NCBI GenBank assembly: GCA_965153455.1
Contig: OZ234493.1
Coordinates: 23,550,213 to 23,614,212, forward strand
From: Sphagnum compactum
Lineage: Eukaryota
Reading direction: 5' to 3'
DNA: 64,000 nt
Shown here: positions 12,506 through 26,282 of the stretch, one piece after another
How positions within the stretch are numbered: the stretch's first letter is position 1
Layout: each line of letters opens with the position of its first letter
Made by a program: the position numbers and the translations under genes
Notes under the pieces: model-generated
Told to the model about the DNA's origin: nothing
Seen by the model: only the letters and a program-made list of their open reading frames with translations
The model's database searches: none

Positions 12506-15074
12506 CTACATAGAAAGAGGCCAAAAGTTAGTGCATCCAAGATAAGCTACTTGAAATATGTTGAAAAGTGAGAGAAAATGTAATGTAAACCTACTTTGTG
12601 AATGAACTTGGAGATTGTCTCATACTTCGGGGGCCAGGCCCAAGAAAAGATCTTGGTGGCCACAATGGAAAGCCATGAAAATGGGAGGACCCTATGTTGA
12701 AAGCTAGGAGGCTTGTTGGAGGTAAGAATAATTGGACTTGGGCAGGATGGAGAAAATTGGAATGATCCCTACTGAGTGTTTCGAACTCCACTAAAAGGTG
12801 ACAAGAATCGGTGGGGTAATAACCTTTTTTTCTCTCCTCATATCCTTTGTTATTTGGACCTATAGTCTGGTTCAAAGGAACTTCAATAAAGGCCTCTTGA
12901 TATGCATTGGAGGAGGGAGTTTCCGTTCCTTTCCTTCAATTTCCTATTCCTTTCGAATTAACATTTTTTCGCTTCCCACCCTCAACTTATGTTCCTATAG
13001 GACTTGCAAGAGTTTCCATGAAAGACAGCTCAATATTCTCCCTCAATGGAATCTCCAAAGTGGGGGTGCTATCTTTCGAACAGTTAAGGTACCAACCACA
13101 CTACATAAGATGAAAAGCAAGCCAATCCTTGAGTGAGTCTTTCTAGTTCACATAATGTTATCCACCTTTGGGTCACGCCAAATCTCTAGGGGATTGGGGA
13201 GTTGATCAATGGCACCATGGAATAGCAAAACATGATAAAAATACCTGCAAGGGCATGAACAACACACCTTCACAATGAAATCTACAAGCATGGCTACCAA
13301 CTCTCCTACTATCAACGTCGAAAGTAGGGGAAGCTATGTGGTGATCCCAAAAAAAATCTATGTGGACCAGCACATATTCAGAAAAAAATTGGCTGTACAT
13401 TGAGGATGGAATGAAATATTTTGATTGGATGGAAAAGCAGACAAGTTGGAATACCTATACAACACCCTGCTTAACAGCCTCCTTGATCCCTGAACTATTG
13501 TTACCATGATGTGCTTCTTTGGATCCCATCTTTAGGTTTGAACTCTTGAAAAAAGTAAGTCTCCTGTACCGCCAACCTCCACTATTGTATATATGAGGAG
13601 AGAGAGATCATATCCAAGACCTTTGTCATAGTCAAACCAAAATTCGAAACAATTGCATCAAACAACTTAAGCACCTTGATATGAAATTATAAGAACAAGA
13701 GTGCAATTAGAAGCAAAATCTTGAGGAAAAAATGAAAAAAATAAATAGCATCTAGAAATAGAATATCTAATGCTAGAAGGTTGCCTTGTGCAACCATTTG
13801 TCAAATTGGGAATTATAATTTTTTTTGGCCTCTCTCAAAATAACAAATTCATTCCACATCCTAAGCTAGGACTTTGCTTAACCAAAACACAGGAGTAGGT
13901 GAACATTTGGAGCTTTTCTGTCAGCATTTCCTGCTCCAAGTTCATGTCATAATGAACTTATATTTCCTTCAAGAAATCTAAACCCAGGGATGGATCACAT
14001 ACTAGCAAGTGTTTGCAAAAGGTCGAATAATGATCTTTCCTAACTTAGTCCATGATTCTCTCAATCCGTTCCTGGAGCTTCAGTGGTGAGTGGTCTTAAG
14101 TGTCAAGGAATCTTCATAATATAATTTGACCTCAACGTCCCCAACTACAAAAATCTCTTACTACAAGAACAAAGAGAAAACCACACTTTTTAACCTATTC
14201 AAGAATTTGTAACTAAAATCTTATAATGCCATTTTATAAAAAAATGTTAAATTTAATTCTTTAATATGTTATTTATCTAAAATCAAGTCTTTAACAAGCA
14301 TACCTTAAATTATAGGACCATGTTAAAGTCCTTTTAAAAATTGTTACCAAGATTACAATCCATAATTTTTTACTTTGAAAGTCCATAACTTTAACAGTTT
14401 TTATAATTATGAAAATATAAAATGTGGAACAAATACATAATCAAGTTAATATTTTCAAAATAAGTCCATAAGTGGAAATTTTTAATTTATCTTACCGCAT
14501 GGGTGAAAGCACACTATGGTGGCCAAAAAATGTAGTCACAAATATTGTTTTTCAAAATTATGAACTTTCAACTTCCACTAAGTCAATATAAAAAGAGGTT
14601 TTCATAAATTATATTCAAAATAAGGTAGTTCAATAGCCAAATAATGCAATTGTCAAAAGAAACTACATTTTTAAATTAATATTAAATGATTAAAAAGTAT
14701 TTTTGTGAGAATTTATATGTCGTCACAATATACTACAAATTGCAAACACATTTTAAAAATGATTCAAATAATTACAAAACTTGAATATAGTCATATATTG
14801 AATATGAATTGAATATACCATTTTAATTACAATAAAAAGTTTGATTCATGTGATTTCACAAAAAACATCTAGACAAGTTTTTCATTCAAATGAAAATAAA
14901 TGTGTTAAAACTTCAAAAGCTCATGCTTTATCAATGTCAACCTCTTTAACTTCCCAAAAATATTTGTTGACCACTTTCTTGCAACAAGATGAGAAGCATG
15001 AAACTTGTTAGATTCTACCCTCAAAAAAATGGCAGCCTCATGTGCATTTTGAATTTTCATCCCATTAGGTTTTA

Positions 15075-15740
15075 GTTGTTCTTTCATCCCAGATAACCCA
15101 CCTAAAGACAAATGGGGAGCAGTGGTTAATGCTTGGGCAAAAAAAGTCCTATCTAAAATAAAAATGTGCTCAAGTTGATAGTAAAAAATAGGAAAAGGAA
15201 AAAGGTCTAAAGGAGGGGGGTGTAGCTAGCGTAAGGCAACAACAATGTCCTCCAAAGGAATAGGGGTTGGAGAGCTATGGTTGCACAACTATATTCACCG
15301 ACTCCCCTTAAAGTTAGACATCGACGAAAACGAGTGGTCGAAGAATCTTCCCATGAATGGTGAGAATGGGCGACATAAGAGGCATGTGAAGACTCTTCCT
15401 AAAAAGAAGACTAGTCACCTGCCATTAACCTCTTGACGCGGGCAGAAACCTTTCGTTGACCTGAACGACCTCCTCAAATATAGTGCAAACACCAATAGGG
15501 CAACAAGAGGAAAATGAACTTGTTAATTCGTTTATTAGGTTTCGAGCAATTCGATCTAGGGGTAAGCAAAAAGCTTGCTTAACCTCGTCTTGGATGGCTT
15601 GAAGGATCCTATGGAACAAATGAGGGCACATGAAATGAGATTCAAACGGCCCTAAAATGGAACTAGATTGATTTCGAAACGAACCCCAAGAAGCAAGAAG
15701 AATAAAACCAAGTAGAATCATAAGAAGGGAAAACACCTAC
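15075..15740 (-). mobile_element. Degenerate CRE-like (R2-group) non-LTR retrotransposon fragment, region just upstream of RT
   Basis: Translation across stops and frameshifts gives FLLLPYWCL..GGRSGQRKVSARVKRLMAGD, RRCLTLRGVGEYSCATIAL, DIVVALR*LHPP and ILDRTFFAQALTTAPHLSLGGLSGM. These resemble the LLLP..RGG..GDW, GE.SRA..AL, LHP and AGGPSG blocks of CRE-type proteins. Confidence 0.6.
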
Positions 15741-16469
15741 AAAGAAAAATTAGTTTAACTATAACAACAAAAGGTGTCCTTATACGCCAAATGATTTCAC
15801 TGGATTTTGAATGAATTCATTAGTTGTAGTGAATGAGGACCAATGAAAAAGCAGTGAATTCATTGGTCTATTTAACAGGGACTAGTGAACATCACTCACA
15901 TTTTGTAAGAGTGCTAGCTTGGGAAACGAGGCTAGTAGGAGGATGGGCACTCTTGACATGCTTCAAAAGACCGCGTAAAATGTAAAGGTTAGAACAATGA
16001 GGACAAGGGGTATTTTGCACACATAAGGGACACAAAGAAAGAGCCATAAAATAAAAATAAAAATAATAAAAATAAAAACAACATGCCCAAAAGCCCTAAG
16101 CAGCAAAACTTCAAGCAACACCCCTAAAGAGATTTTTAAAAATAAAAAATAAAAGTAGTCCACAGTTAGGTAGGTAGGTTGCCCATAGGTAAGAAAGTAG
16201 GTAGGCCTAATCTAGTTAACCTTGACTGAGGTAACCCCTATTAAATAACTCCTAGTCCATGGCAATGAAGATAGATTGTAGTGTGGCGAAAAAAAGTGAC
16301 TGGTGCAAGAAGAACTTTCATCTTCATCTTGTGTTTGGAGGACGGGTACTCACTTTGCTGCAATTTTTGAAAAGGAAAAAAAAGGAGGATGAGTAGAACA
16401 GTCAGGATAAAAGTGAACCTATGTGAACCCTTCTTTAAAGCAAAAAAGAAACAACTTTCTGGTCCCATC

Positions 16470-16974
16470 CGGTGTTTTCTTTAGTGCCCAATTTTCTCCA
16501 TTTTGTTAAAAATATTTGAAAAAGAATATTCTGTTACAAATTCTTTGTTTTCTGAAAAACATTTGCCAAAATTGTCACTACTGCCTGCAACATGGCAATG
16601 TGCTTAGGTTTTTCTACTTCCATGTGTTGAATATTGCTAAATTTGACTAAGGCCTGATTTACACTAGGTGTCAGGGCTGAAAAAACTTGGGGCCAACTTT
16701 GAGCATTTTTGGCTTGTTGTTGGGCCCCAAGTTACTAATAAAGGCTAGAAATAAAGATATTAATAAATGCTGAAACATTGGCCCCAAGGGTTGCAAATAG
16801 GCTTCCCTATCCTTTTTTCAGCCTTGAGGCCAATACAGGGCCATAAAGTCCAGCATTTATTAGTAAAATTGAAAATATTTTTTCTATTTTAGCCTTGACT
16901 CCTAGTGTAAAGTGGGCCGAAATATGCATATTGATCATCGTCACTTGACAAAATTGGCAAAATTGACTCACTGG
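16470..16974. mobile_element. Small hAT-like MITE remnant (c[a/g]gtg...cactg ends) interrupted by a second MITE
   Basis: Begins cggtgttttc and ends tcactgg. A similar start, ccagtgtttttt, occurs near 18104. No TSD identified. Confidence 0.35.
16651..16918. mobile_element. Tourist/PIF-Harbinger-like MITE
   Basis: Imperfect ~30-bp TIRs ggcctgatttacactaggtgtcagggctgaaaa / ttttagccttgactcctagtgtaaagtgggcc. Flanks are taa (left) and gaa (right), compatible with a mutated TAA TSD. Confidence 0.7.
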
Positions 16975-18592
16975 TCCCGTGTCTGGTCCCGTGTCGGCAT
17001 GCAAATAGGTTATTCAAAATTCCAGTGCGACCCAAAAAAAACACGATGTAATAAAATTGATGCACAAAAGTCACATACCTATTTCAGGAGTACATTTTTA
17101 ATCTTGCACCAGGAAGAAACTTCATCCTCAAACGCAAATGATGTGAGAAACTGGGGAGAAGTATTAGAAAGCAATTGTCGGTCGAATCACCACCACAGAT
17201 CACACCTTCTGCCCGGGAACTGGGCCCCAATATGGGGCCCTGTATGTCTTCATCCAAGTCATGTTTGCCCACCTTAATGAAAGTTCAAAGGACGAAGGAA
17301 AATGCTTAATGCTCTAGTGCAGTGTGCATTTTTTGAATATTTGCCTAAAATGTCCAGTGCAATGGTTAGCATTTCTGAAAACACCCTCTCCCACACCCTA
17401 CCCCCCCCCCCCAAAAGGAAGACACCAAAGCAAACACTTGATTTTCCAACTTACCAAAAATGGAATAAACCCGAAAGAAAATGGGAACTCTTAGTTCACC
17501 AACTAAACATGAGTGTATATCCACTGTAATGCAATCCATTAACATCTGCCCCACTGCATGCAATGATGGCATATTGTTGCTTCAAGAAAGGCAGACAGCA
17601 AAGGAAACACTTAGACCAGGTCTAGTCAGTCCCAACATGCTCAATTTGGGCCTTTAATAATGTTTCTAACGTTGAGACTTGTTACACTGACTTGTTTGCC
17701 GAGCCCCACTTGTAAATATCAATAAATGGACAGTATAAGGTAAGAAAACCATTTGAACGTCTTCAACTGGGCCAATCTTTATGGCCAGGCAATCAGAAGC
17801 AACCTTCTTTTTAACTAGGCATCATGCAGACCACTATATCCTTTTTACATTTAGAGCTCTACAGATCCCACTTGCAAGCTTTTTGAAGACTAGACCGCTG
17901 TACTTCATCGAAGTAGGTACAGTGTGTAGGCCATTTCCTCCTGCCATTTACTCCCGCTCTTAGGTTGCGATATGGTTAATTGATCATAATAAAAAGGAAG
18001 GGGAAAAACCCACAGGAAAAGGAAGGAATGGCAAGAATTTGGGTCTTGGTAATTTTCTTCCTTTGGTATTCCTTTACATTACTGGGTGATTAGGCCATGT
18101 TAGACCAGTGTTTTTTCTGACAAATTTTGCTATTTTTTTACCAAAGCATTGAGAATCTCTTGGAATTTTTTAAACTATAAAATTGAGTAAATTTGCTAAA
18201 TTTGGGGGGGGGGAAACGCGTCAAATTGTCGATATCTCAAAACTGGAAACAGAAAACCCAAGAAAAAAGAAAAAAGAAACCTATGTCAAACGTCATATCA
18301 TTCCAAAAAGAAGAAGCAACCGGCAGTGGAGACAAACAAACAACGAAAATGGCGAAAAGAAAATACGTTGCGACACGTGCACGGATCGATGTGAACTGTG
18401 CGGCGCACGCTCGGGCAGTTTTAGCGCTCGAGAAATCGAGGCCCAGGCAAGGGTTGCGGAACAGCTGCAGGCGTGAGGGAAACTTCGGTTGGGAACTCGG
18501 GGAGTGCGAGAGAGGGAGGATTAAGGAATGATCTTACTGAAGGCTTGAGCTTGGGTTTGTGCTGATTGCGGTCAACCCCACGCGTTGAAAAG

Positions 18593-19110
18593 AGATCTTT
18601 TGGTTCGAAGGAGGAGGAGGAGAAGAAGTACAGTTTAGTTGTGATCTGGGGTGGACAAGGGTTTTTTTGGGAAGGAGGAGTTCTTTATACTGTTTTAGAT
18701 CCTTTGGTTCGAAGGAGGAGGAGAAGACGTACAGTTTAGTTGTGATCTGGGGTGGACAAGGGTTTTTTGGGAAGGAGGAGTTCTTCACATTGTTTTAGAT
18801 CTTTTGGTTCGAAGGAGGAGGAGAAGAAGTACAGTTTAGTTGTGATCTGGGGGACAAGGGTTTTTTTGGGAAGGAGGAGTTCTTTACACTGTTTTAGATC
18901 TTTTGGTTCGAAGGAGGAGGAGGAGAAGAAGTACAGTTTAGATGTGATCTGGGGTGGACAAGGGTTTTTTTGGGAAGGAGGAGTTCTTTACACTGTTTTA
19001 GATCTTTTGGTTCGAAGGAGGAGGAGGAGAAGAAATACAGTTTAGTTGTGATCTGGGGTGGACAAGGGTTTTTCTGGGAAGGGAAGGAGGAGATCTTTAT
19101 ACTGTTTTAT
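18593..19110. repeat. Minisatellite, about 5 copies of a ~100-104-bp unit, in the probable leader or first intron of the ARM gene
   Basis: The unit agatc(t)tttggttcgaagg(agg)nagaagaagtacagtttagttgtgatctggggtggacaagggttttttgggaaggaggagttc... restarts near 18593, 18697, 18797, 18896 and 19000. Confidence 0.95.
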
Positions 19111-21085
19111 GTTTGTTGTGGATTCTTGCATCTTAGAGAGGATCGTGTCTTCTGTAAACTAGGTATGTTCGAGTGGCTACTCAATGAGCTCAAGTGAAAG
19201 ACATGTCTGTTCCAGCAGGTTTGGCTAATGTCGTTTGTTGTTGTCCCTTGGTCCCTCCTTTTTCTGGTTCTGGTTCTAAGGAGGGACATCTGAGGCAGCT
19301 TCGTTCTTCCTTTCTCTTTGTGGAAGGTGAAACTCTTGGTGGAATCTACGTCGTAAGAGAAATATTGTGCCGAGATTTTCGAAGCGGCTCGAAGTTGATG
19401 TTGCATCTAACAAATGAAGCATAGTTCATGGTGGAATAAAACCCCCTGTTCAACCTTGCTCAGAACTTGACAACAAATTGAGTAGCTCTGGCCGAGTTTG
19501 GTGTTTTTCCTTGTGGGTTTGGGTCAGTTTGTTATTGTGTGGAGATTATCTAGTTCATGTTTTGAAACGCTTCCGTTTGGTGGGGTGTGTAATGATGACA
19601 GGTTCCTTTTGCCATAGGTGAAGTTGGTGATGAAGTTGGCAAGGTAAAGAGTAGGAAGGACCAGGGTTTTATGTCAACCTCTCTCACTCTTATGCTTGGG
19701 GATGAAATTTTTGGCAGCTATTGGAGCCATTCTCGAGACATATCCAAGATGTTCAGTTGATTTGCCTCCTCGCAATCTTCAAATTTCTGGAAAAGTTTGA
19801 CGCTTGTGAGGCCTGTCAAGCTCCATGCCTGCCTCAATCAAAAAGGATGTGAGCTTGGAGAAGGGAGATGAAACTTTAATCAGGTTGGTGAACTCCCTCA
19901 AAGTTCTCTCTGCATGATCACTGCATACTATTCTTGTAAGCTGCTTTGATTTGCATATTTGAACTACTGCATATTTGCTTAAAATTTTGCAATGGTGTGG
20001 CAAGTATAGGAATTTCTCTTTCTGTGGTTATTTCCCCCTCTTTCTGCAAATCCTCTTTACCTTGAAGCTTTGTCACAGAGTTGACAGATATCATTAGAGA
20101 TCTGCATCTTTTGCAAATATCTTGATGTTGGTGTTCAAACCTCATGCTTTTGCATTCAGATTTTGAAGAAAGTTATTACCATATTGTGCTCCAATTTCAA
20201 CAGGACTTGGATCTCATGCTTATGTGATAGGTCTATGAAGGACAGAAACTGAATCTCCAACAGGTTTTCCACTGGAACAGTTGATTACAGTGTGTTTATT
20301 CACATATTAGTGGCTAGTTTTACCACTGAATTTGATACTGTTAGGAACAGAGTCCAAGTTGCAGTTGAATATGGACAAGACTCTATTTGGTGTTTCAGCC
20401 TCTGGACTCTTCAGAATGATTCCTTGGAGGGCTTCTTGTTTGTAGTGCTAGCTTTTCAAAGCCCAATTTTCCCCAGGCATATGTTCATTAATCTCTGAGT
20501 ATTGATTTTTCTCTCTTGTTCTTCTTTGCCACAACCTCCATTGGTGTTCCATGTTTAGCCAATATCAGTGTCGTCCTGCTACTTCTGTACTCATGCCAGA
20601 AATGCTCGTTAATGTTGACAGTGACCTCTTACCCCTTTGCAGGAACTGATGAAGTTCTGGTAGTTAGTCACTACATTGTTGTTGATTGTCAATAAACATG
20701 TGAGTGACTGTTGCTATAATTTACACAACTCCTCAGTTTGATCCTGTTTGCTAGTTTGGAGTTTGTTCTTTCTTCTGCCGCCAGTTGCTGTGATGGACTC
20801 TGACCATTTGATCTGAAATATCTCAAACCTTCTTATCATTCCATCTCACAACTCCTATTCAGGTTGATGAAAGTATGGAGAAGCTCCTGATACTTATGAA
20901 GATAGTATAGCGATGGCAATGTATTCGGATACAAGCAGGAGTTGTGCAACAAAGGATTTTTCATTAGGGAGAAATACCAACAGTGTTCTGATATAAATGT
21001 CTTGCTCATTTTTAAATACAGGTTGCTCTCGAGGTTCCAGACGGAGTCTACTACTGAAAATCTCCTACTTCACCTTCCAAATGTG

Positions 21086-22160
21086 ATGGAGGAAAAGCGG
21101 GAAATTGTTATAGATCTAGTGAAGAAGATTGAGATGGGTACAGAAACTGAAATAGAACTTGCTGTGATTGACTTAAGGTTACTGACAAAACATGATGTAG
21201 AAAGTCGTCAATTCATAGCTGAGGCAAATGGAATTCAATTACTTATTCCTCTCCTAGATTCACCCAAGGGAATAATTCAAGAGAATGCGATCACGACATT
21301 GTTGAATCTCTCAATTTCTGATGGAAATCGGGCCCTAATTATGGAGACTTCAGGAGCATGGGATGCAATTTTCAAGCTTTTGGGTGCAGGAGTAACAGAT
21401 GAAGCTAAGGAAAATGCAGCAGCAACAATTTTCAGTTTGTTGATAGTTGAAGAGTACAGAGAGCGTGTGGGTGAAAACCCTGGAACCTTATCCGAACTCC
21501 TTCAAATTCTGAAAGAGGTGCACACACACAGGGGCAAGAAAGATGTAATTAAGGTACATTTTGCTGAAAACCTCTGAGCATGCAACTTATTCTTCTTCTA
21601 TAGTGATACTGTATAGCTTTGTTGAGTGCTGGAAACCTGAGACAGGCATGTTCTACTCCAAGTCTGAGTTTCTGGTTCTGTTCATATGTTCTATGTGTCT
21701 GTAGGTGATTTACCACCTGGCACTACATGAGCCCAATAAAGCAAGGTTGGTGATGGTGGGGGCAATTCCTGTGTTGTTTTCATTTATACTTCAAAGGAGG
21801 TTAGTGGAAGATGCTCTGTCAGTGCTTGCACTGCTTGGATCATGCCCTGAAGGTGTAACTGCCATGACAAGAGTGGGAGAACTGACTACAATAGTTGAGG
21901 TACTGCGTGGAGGTTCAACAAGGGCAAAGGAGAATGCAACAGCTGTGTTATTGGCTCTTTGTGAAACTGGTGGGGATAGTGCTGTTGAAAAAGTTTCCCG
22001 CCACAACCATGCGATTGTAGCCACACTTTGTTCTCTTCTAATTACAGGCTCTGATAGAGGGAAGCGAAAGGCAAAGAGTCTAATGCGGTTTTTGGTTGCC
22101 AATGACTCTTCCAGCTCCTCTATTGATTCATCTTCTTCATTTCTTGATATTGAGTATTAA
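21086..22160 (+). CDS. Armadillo-repeat protein related to plant U-box (PUB) ARM domains, no U-box; about 307 aa from ATG 21086
   Basis: Exons 21086-21553 (acceptor upstream at 21020-21021) and 21705-22160, joined by a phase-0 GT-AG intron. Motifs LRLLTKHD, IQENAITTLLNLSI, EAKENAAATIFSL, GSTRAKENATAVLLALC and GSDRGKRKAKSL. The start codon is uncertain. Confidence 0.88.
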
Positions 22161-25100
22161 GCAAAACAGCTGTGTATTCAGTCTCTCTCCATTTGTGATA
22201 TCCTGGACCCATTTCTTGAGAAAAACTTAGGGAGGGCTGAAATTAGATTCTGGGTGTACATAGTGAGGATATCTCTGCTGTTTGATGAAGCTCCCAATTT
22301 TGAGTTTCCATTTTGGTGTGACTTGTTTTTGCAAGAGGGGGGAAAGCAAAGAAAAGAGAAGCTAAAGAAAAGGTTTCTCTTGTAGATAAATGTCAAGGGT
22401 GGAACGCAAATACACATTGTATCATGGGAATTTATGAACACTGTCATTCTATGCTGTGACAAGCAGGGAATGGTTTTGGTCCCTTTTTTTTATGGGCACT
22501 TTGGTGCTATCTACTCTTGTGACAAGCAAAACAATTTTCCACTCAATGTCATAGATAGCATTTATATATTCTATTTAGACTTGGTCTATCAATTGACAGA
22601 AGGTCAAAATATTAATATATTTAGATAAACTAATTAAAATTAAATAGTTGTTGTATGTTGACGATTCAAGGATCATATAGATTGGGCATGAAATCATTTT
22701 CACTTCCATTAATTCTGGAATATGACATTTTATTTTCACCTACTCAAACATTAACATTTATGGCACCCATGATGTTTTTGTTAATGCCTTTCATTTTATT
22801 CAAAAACAAAATTGGGCCTCTCCAACATCCCTCAATGTTTTTCCTACCGTGTCTTTCAACAATTCTTTGGTTTGATAAACCATAAAATGTTCATGATATT
22901 AGTGCTTGTTACAACCCATGTGTACTTTTTGGTGCTTTTGGTGTCCTCTCACATTGTATTCAAGGCTTCAATCTCTTAGTGCCCCTTATTGCTCGAAACC
23001 AAAATTTTCATGTTCAACATAGTGCCCTTGGTGTTTCTAGCATGTCTTTATTACACCCTTGCTAATTTGTTTATTGCCAGTTTGTCATTTCTCGTTGGAA
23101 TTTTTTATTATTATTATTATTTCATTGTTCCCATCTTTCATCATCCTTGGTGTACTTATGTGTGTTTTTGTTGTTGACCAAGCTTAGGGTTTTTCAAAAA
23201 AGAATATTTTATTTGAAAAAAATTGTCAAAAATATAATTATTTGAATTAATGTAGTTAAATTTTTATTCTTGGTTACTATAGGTTGCATTTTATTGTTAA
23301 ATTGCTTTTGGGATGTTCATTGATGATGCTATAACATATAATTGAAAAAAAGAACATTGATCAAAACATCGTGTTCTTTTCATATGGAACAAAATGTTGA
23401 AAATTTAAAAACTTAGGACAATTTGCAATCATGATGCATGAGTCAAAAAGTTTAATTATAATTTAATAATGTATTATTTAATATGTCCTTAAACCTAAAA
23501 ATATAATTGTTGAATGAAAAGATGAAACACAAATGCATTTGAATGTGAATCATGCACTTTTAAATAACAACATGCACAAAGGAATCTTAAAGTTTTAAAT
23601 TTTTGATGTGATACAATAGTGATAAGCGGTTGAGAGATATGTGATTTAAGGTTAACATGAATTAATTTAACCAAAACATTAAATCTTTGAATAATGTAAA
23701 ATTTGAAATCAAACATTAAGTTTTGACCATGTTTCAACTACATAAAAAATGGAAAGAATTTATAATTAAAGAACAAAAAAATGTAGTGATTAATTTGCAT
23801 AATTTACAAAATCTTACTCATCTCAATTTGCACTCAATTTGCAAGCATTGGTGTATTGATCACAAATTGAATCACTTTTTTTTCTTCTTCCTTTTTATTT
23901 CTACATTTTTTCTTTCATTTTTCCTCTTTGGAAAACTGTTATGGCAACAAATCATTCATCCTACCATCCATTTAATTCAAATCATGACACACATTTAAAA
24001 AAAAGTTGCAACCCCTACAACATATTCATGGGATGTGGAAAACACATATGATTTAATAAATCCATAATAATTTCAAGGTTACTTAAATACTTTTGATTAA
24101 TGCAATAGATAAGAAGCTTCAACACATGTTTGTAGTAAATTAATGAATTTGAAATATTTCATGAAATGTTTTTGAATATTCTTAAAGACTAAGTATTTTC
24201 TTTCACAACATTTTGTTCTTTGAAAAAGTAATTTTGAAATTACAACATTCTTATAAATAATATAATTAGTGTCAAAGATACTAAGGTATTATGTCAATAA
24301 ATAAAATGTAAATATAAAAATAACATCCATGTACAATATGCAATAAACAAGATGGATTGTTTTGTTCAAAATGGGTCATATTTACATAAGGGATAAGGAT
24401 CACCACATGAGTTTAGAATAACATACAAACCATTTGATCTCATCAAGTCATGCCTATTTTAAATGTTTTCATTTTCTATCCTCTTTTACAATGTCAATAA
24501 CAATTTTAAAAGTTTCCATAATATACAAGGATATTTTAAATCATATAACAACAAGAATTCTTTATCAAGTAATGACATTAGAAGACAACTACCAATTTTT
24601 TATTGTAATCTGTAATTATTAATAAGTTGCATTCAATACATAATCATAAATGATAATTCACCATGATGTCAACTACATTCCACATGGATGATATATACTA
24701 TCAACACATAAATTCTCATCCATTAAATATTTGTATACAATTTGCAATTAGTTTCCATTTTTACAATTAACATATAACCCACTCATTAATTGACATTTGG
24801 TAACATAATAGATTATTTGATAAATTTGTTTTGAAAATATAAACTGAATCTTCATCTTCTATTTTAAATGGCTTACAATGTCACCACGTTGATTAATGGA
24901 AATTTTTCATGTGGCATAATTTGTTTTAATGGGATTTTGCAATGTGGTTTAATTTGGGAAAATTTCATGAAAATAAATTTAAATATTAGCCAAAATAAAT
25001 TTAAATTTTTATCTAGGGTGCAATCATAATCAAACAAGCCAAAAACCATTTCAAACAACCACCAAAAAAATTTCAAAACTGTAATTTTATTAGATATGTT

Positions 25101-26282
25101 TTTGTGGCACCACTTTAATGCCATGGTAATAATGGGAAGTTGTGCTAAATGACTAATATGAGTGTTGAGAAATTCAAAATAAAAATTGAAAAAAATTATT
25201 TTGGGTTTTGGTTTTAACAAAGGACCTTTGAATTTGAACAATAGTTGCATCAAAAGTAATCAATTTTGTAAATTATTAAGCTTTAAAATATTTTTTTAAT
25301 AATGGAATTTTGATGAAAAAAAATTGAAATGATGTTAATTGATTACCCACACTCAAAAAGCACTCACAATTTTGAAATTTGTGGAATTTTGAAATTTGAA
25401 AAATTAAAAATCTATTGAACAAGATTTTTTAATTTCAAGAGTTTTTTTACCACATGTAAATGGGGTGTAATGTACATGACATCTAAAACAAAGTTATATT
25501 TTATATACAGGAAAAATAATAATAAAATAATTAGCATATTTTCATACAATTTGAAATTAGGATAATTTTTCAAAACGACATGCAAAATTTGGTAGAATAT
25601 GTACATTTTAAAAAAAATCTTAGTTATTCATCAAAAGTTAATACAAAAAATGTGATGTATTGAAGAAATTATATGTATCTTTAATAACATATTGTAAAAG
25701 ATTTCATCCAAAAAATCCTTTTGTATGAGAAAGTGAAAACAACTAAAAGAAGGATTGCAATCCTTGTATCCTTTGTCATCATTGGCTCATTTGATTGTGA
25801 CCGCATCTTCTAGGTAGGTAAGCTAAGGGGTAGGATCAACATAAATATTTCTATTTTATTTTGAGATTAATTCAGGTGAAGCCTTCTTGATTGGTTCATC
25901 CCAAATGCACATTTTTTCAATATGAAAATGTAAGACAAAACTTTTTTTTATATAATTTACAAGATGGAAACAAAGGACAAACTTAGTTACAAATTAAGTT
26001 GCAACTAAGTTTTTTTTATCCCATATCCTTTGTCCTCCTTTTTAATTTTGTAGATTATATAACTAAACAAGTAAATAATTAACTAGTAAACTAATTAACC
26101 AATTAGGTCACTAGTTAATTAATTAATATTATTAATTAACCAATTAACTCGTAAATGTTAGTAGTTATACATATTAAATGTAATACCTAGTTAATAGTTA
26201 AGCATATGTACCTATTCATTTAGCTAACTACCTAGTTACCTAATCACCTAACCTAGCAAACCAACCCACCATATATATAAAA

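Noticed and set aside
18593..19110. CRISPR-like periodicity
   Set aside because: The units are contiguous with no unique spacers, there are no cas genes, and the context is eukaryotic.
18534..19197. Several 75-97-aa ORFs on both strands
   Set aside because: They are by-products of the ~100-bp tandem repeat and have no protein-family features.
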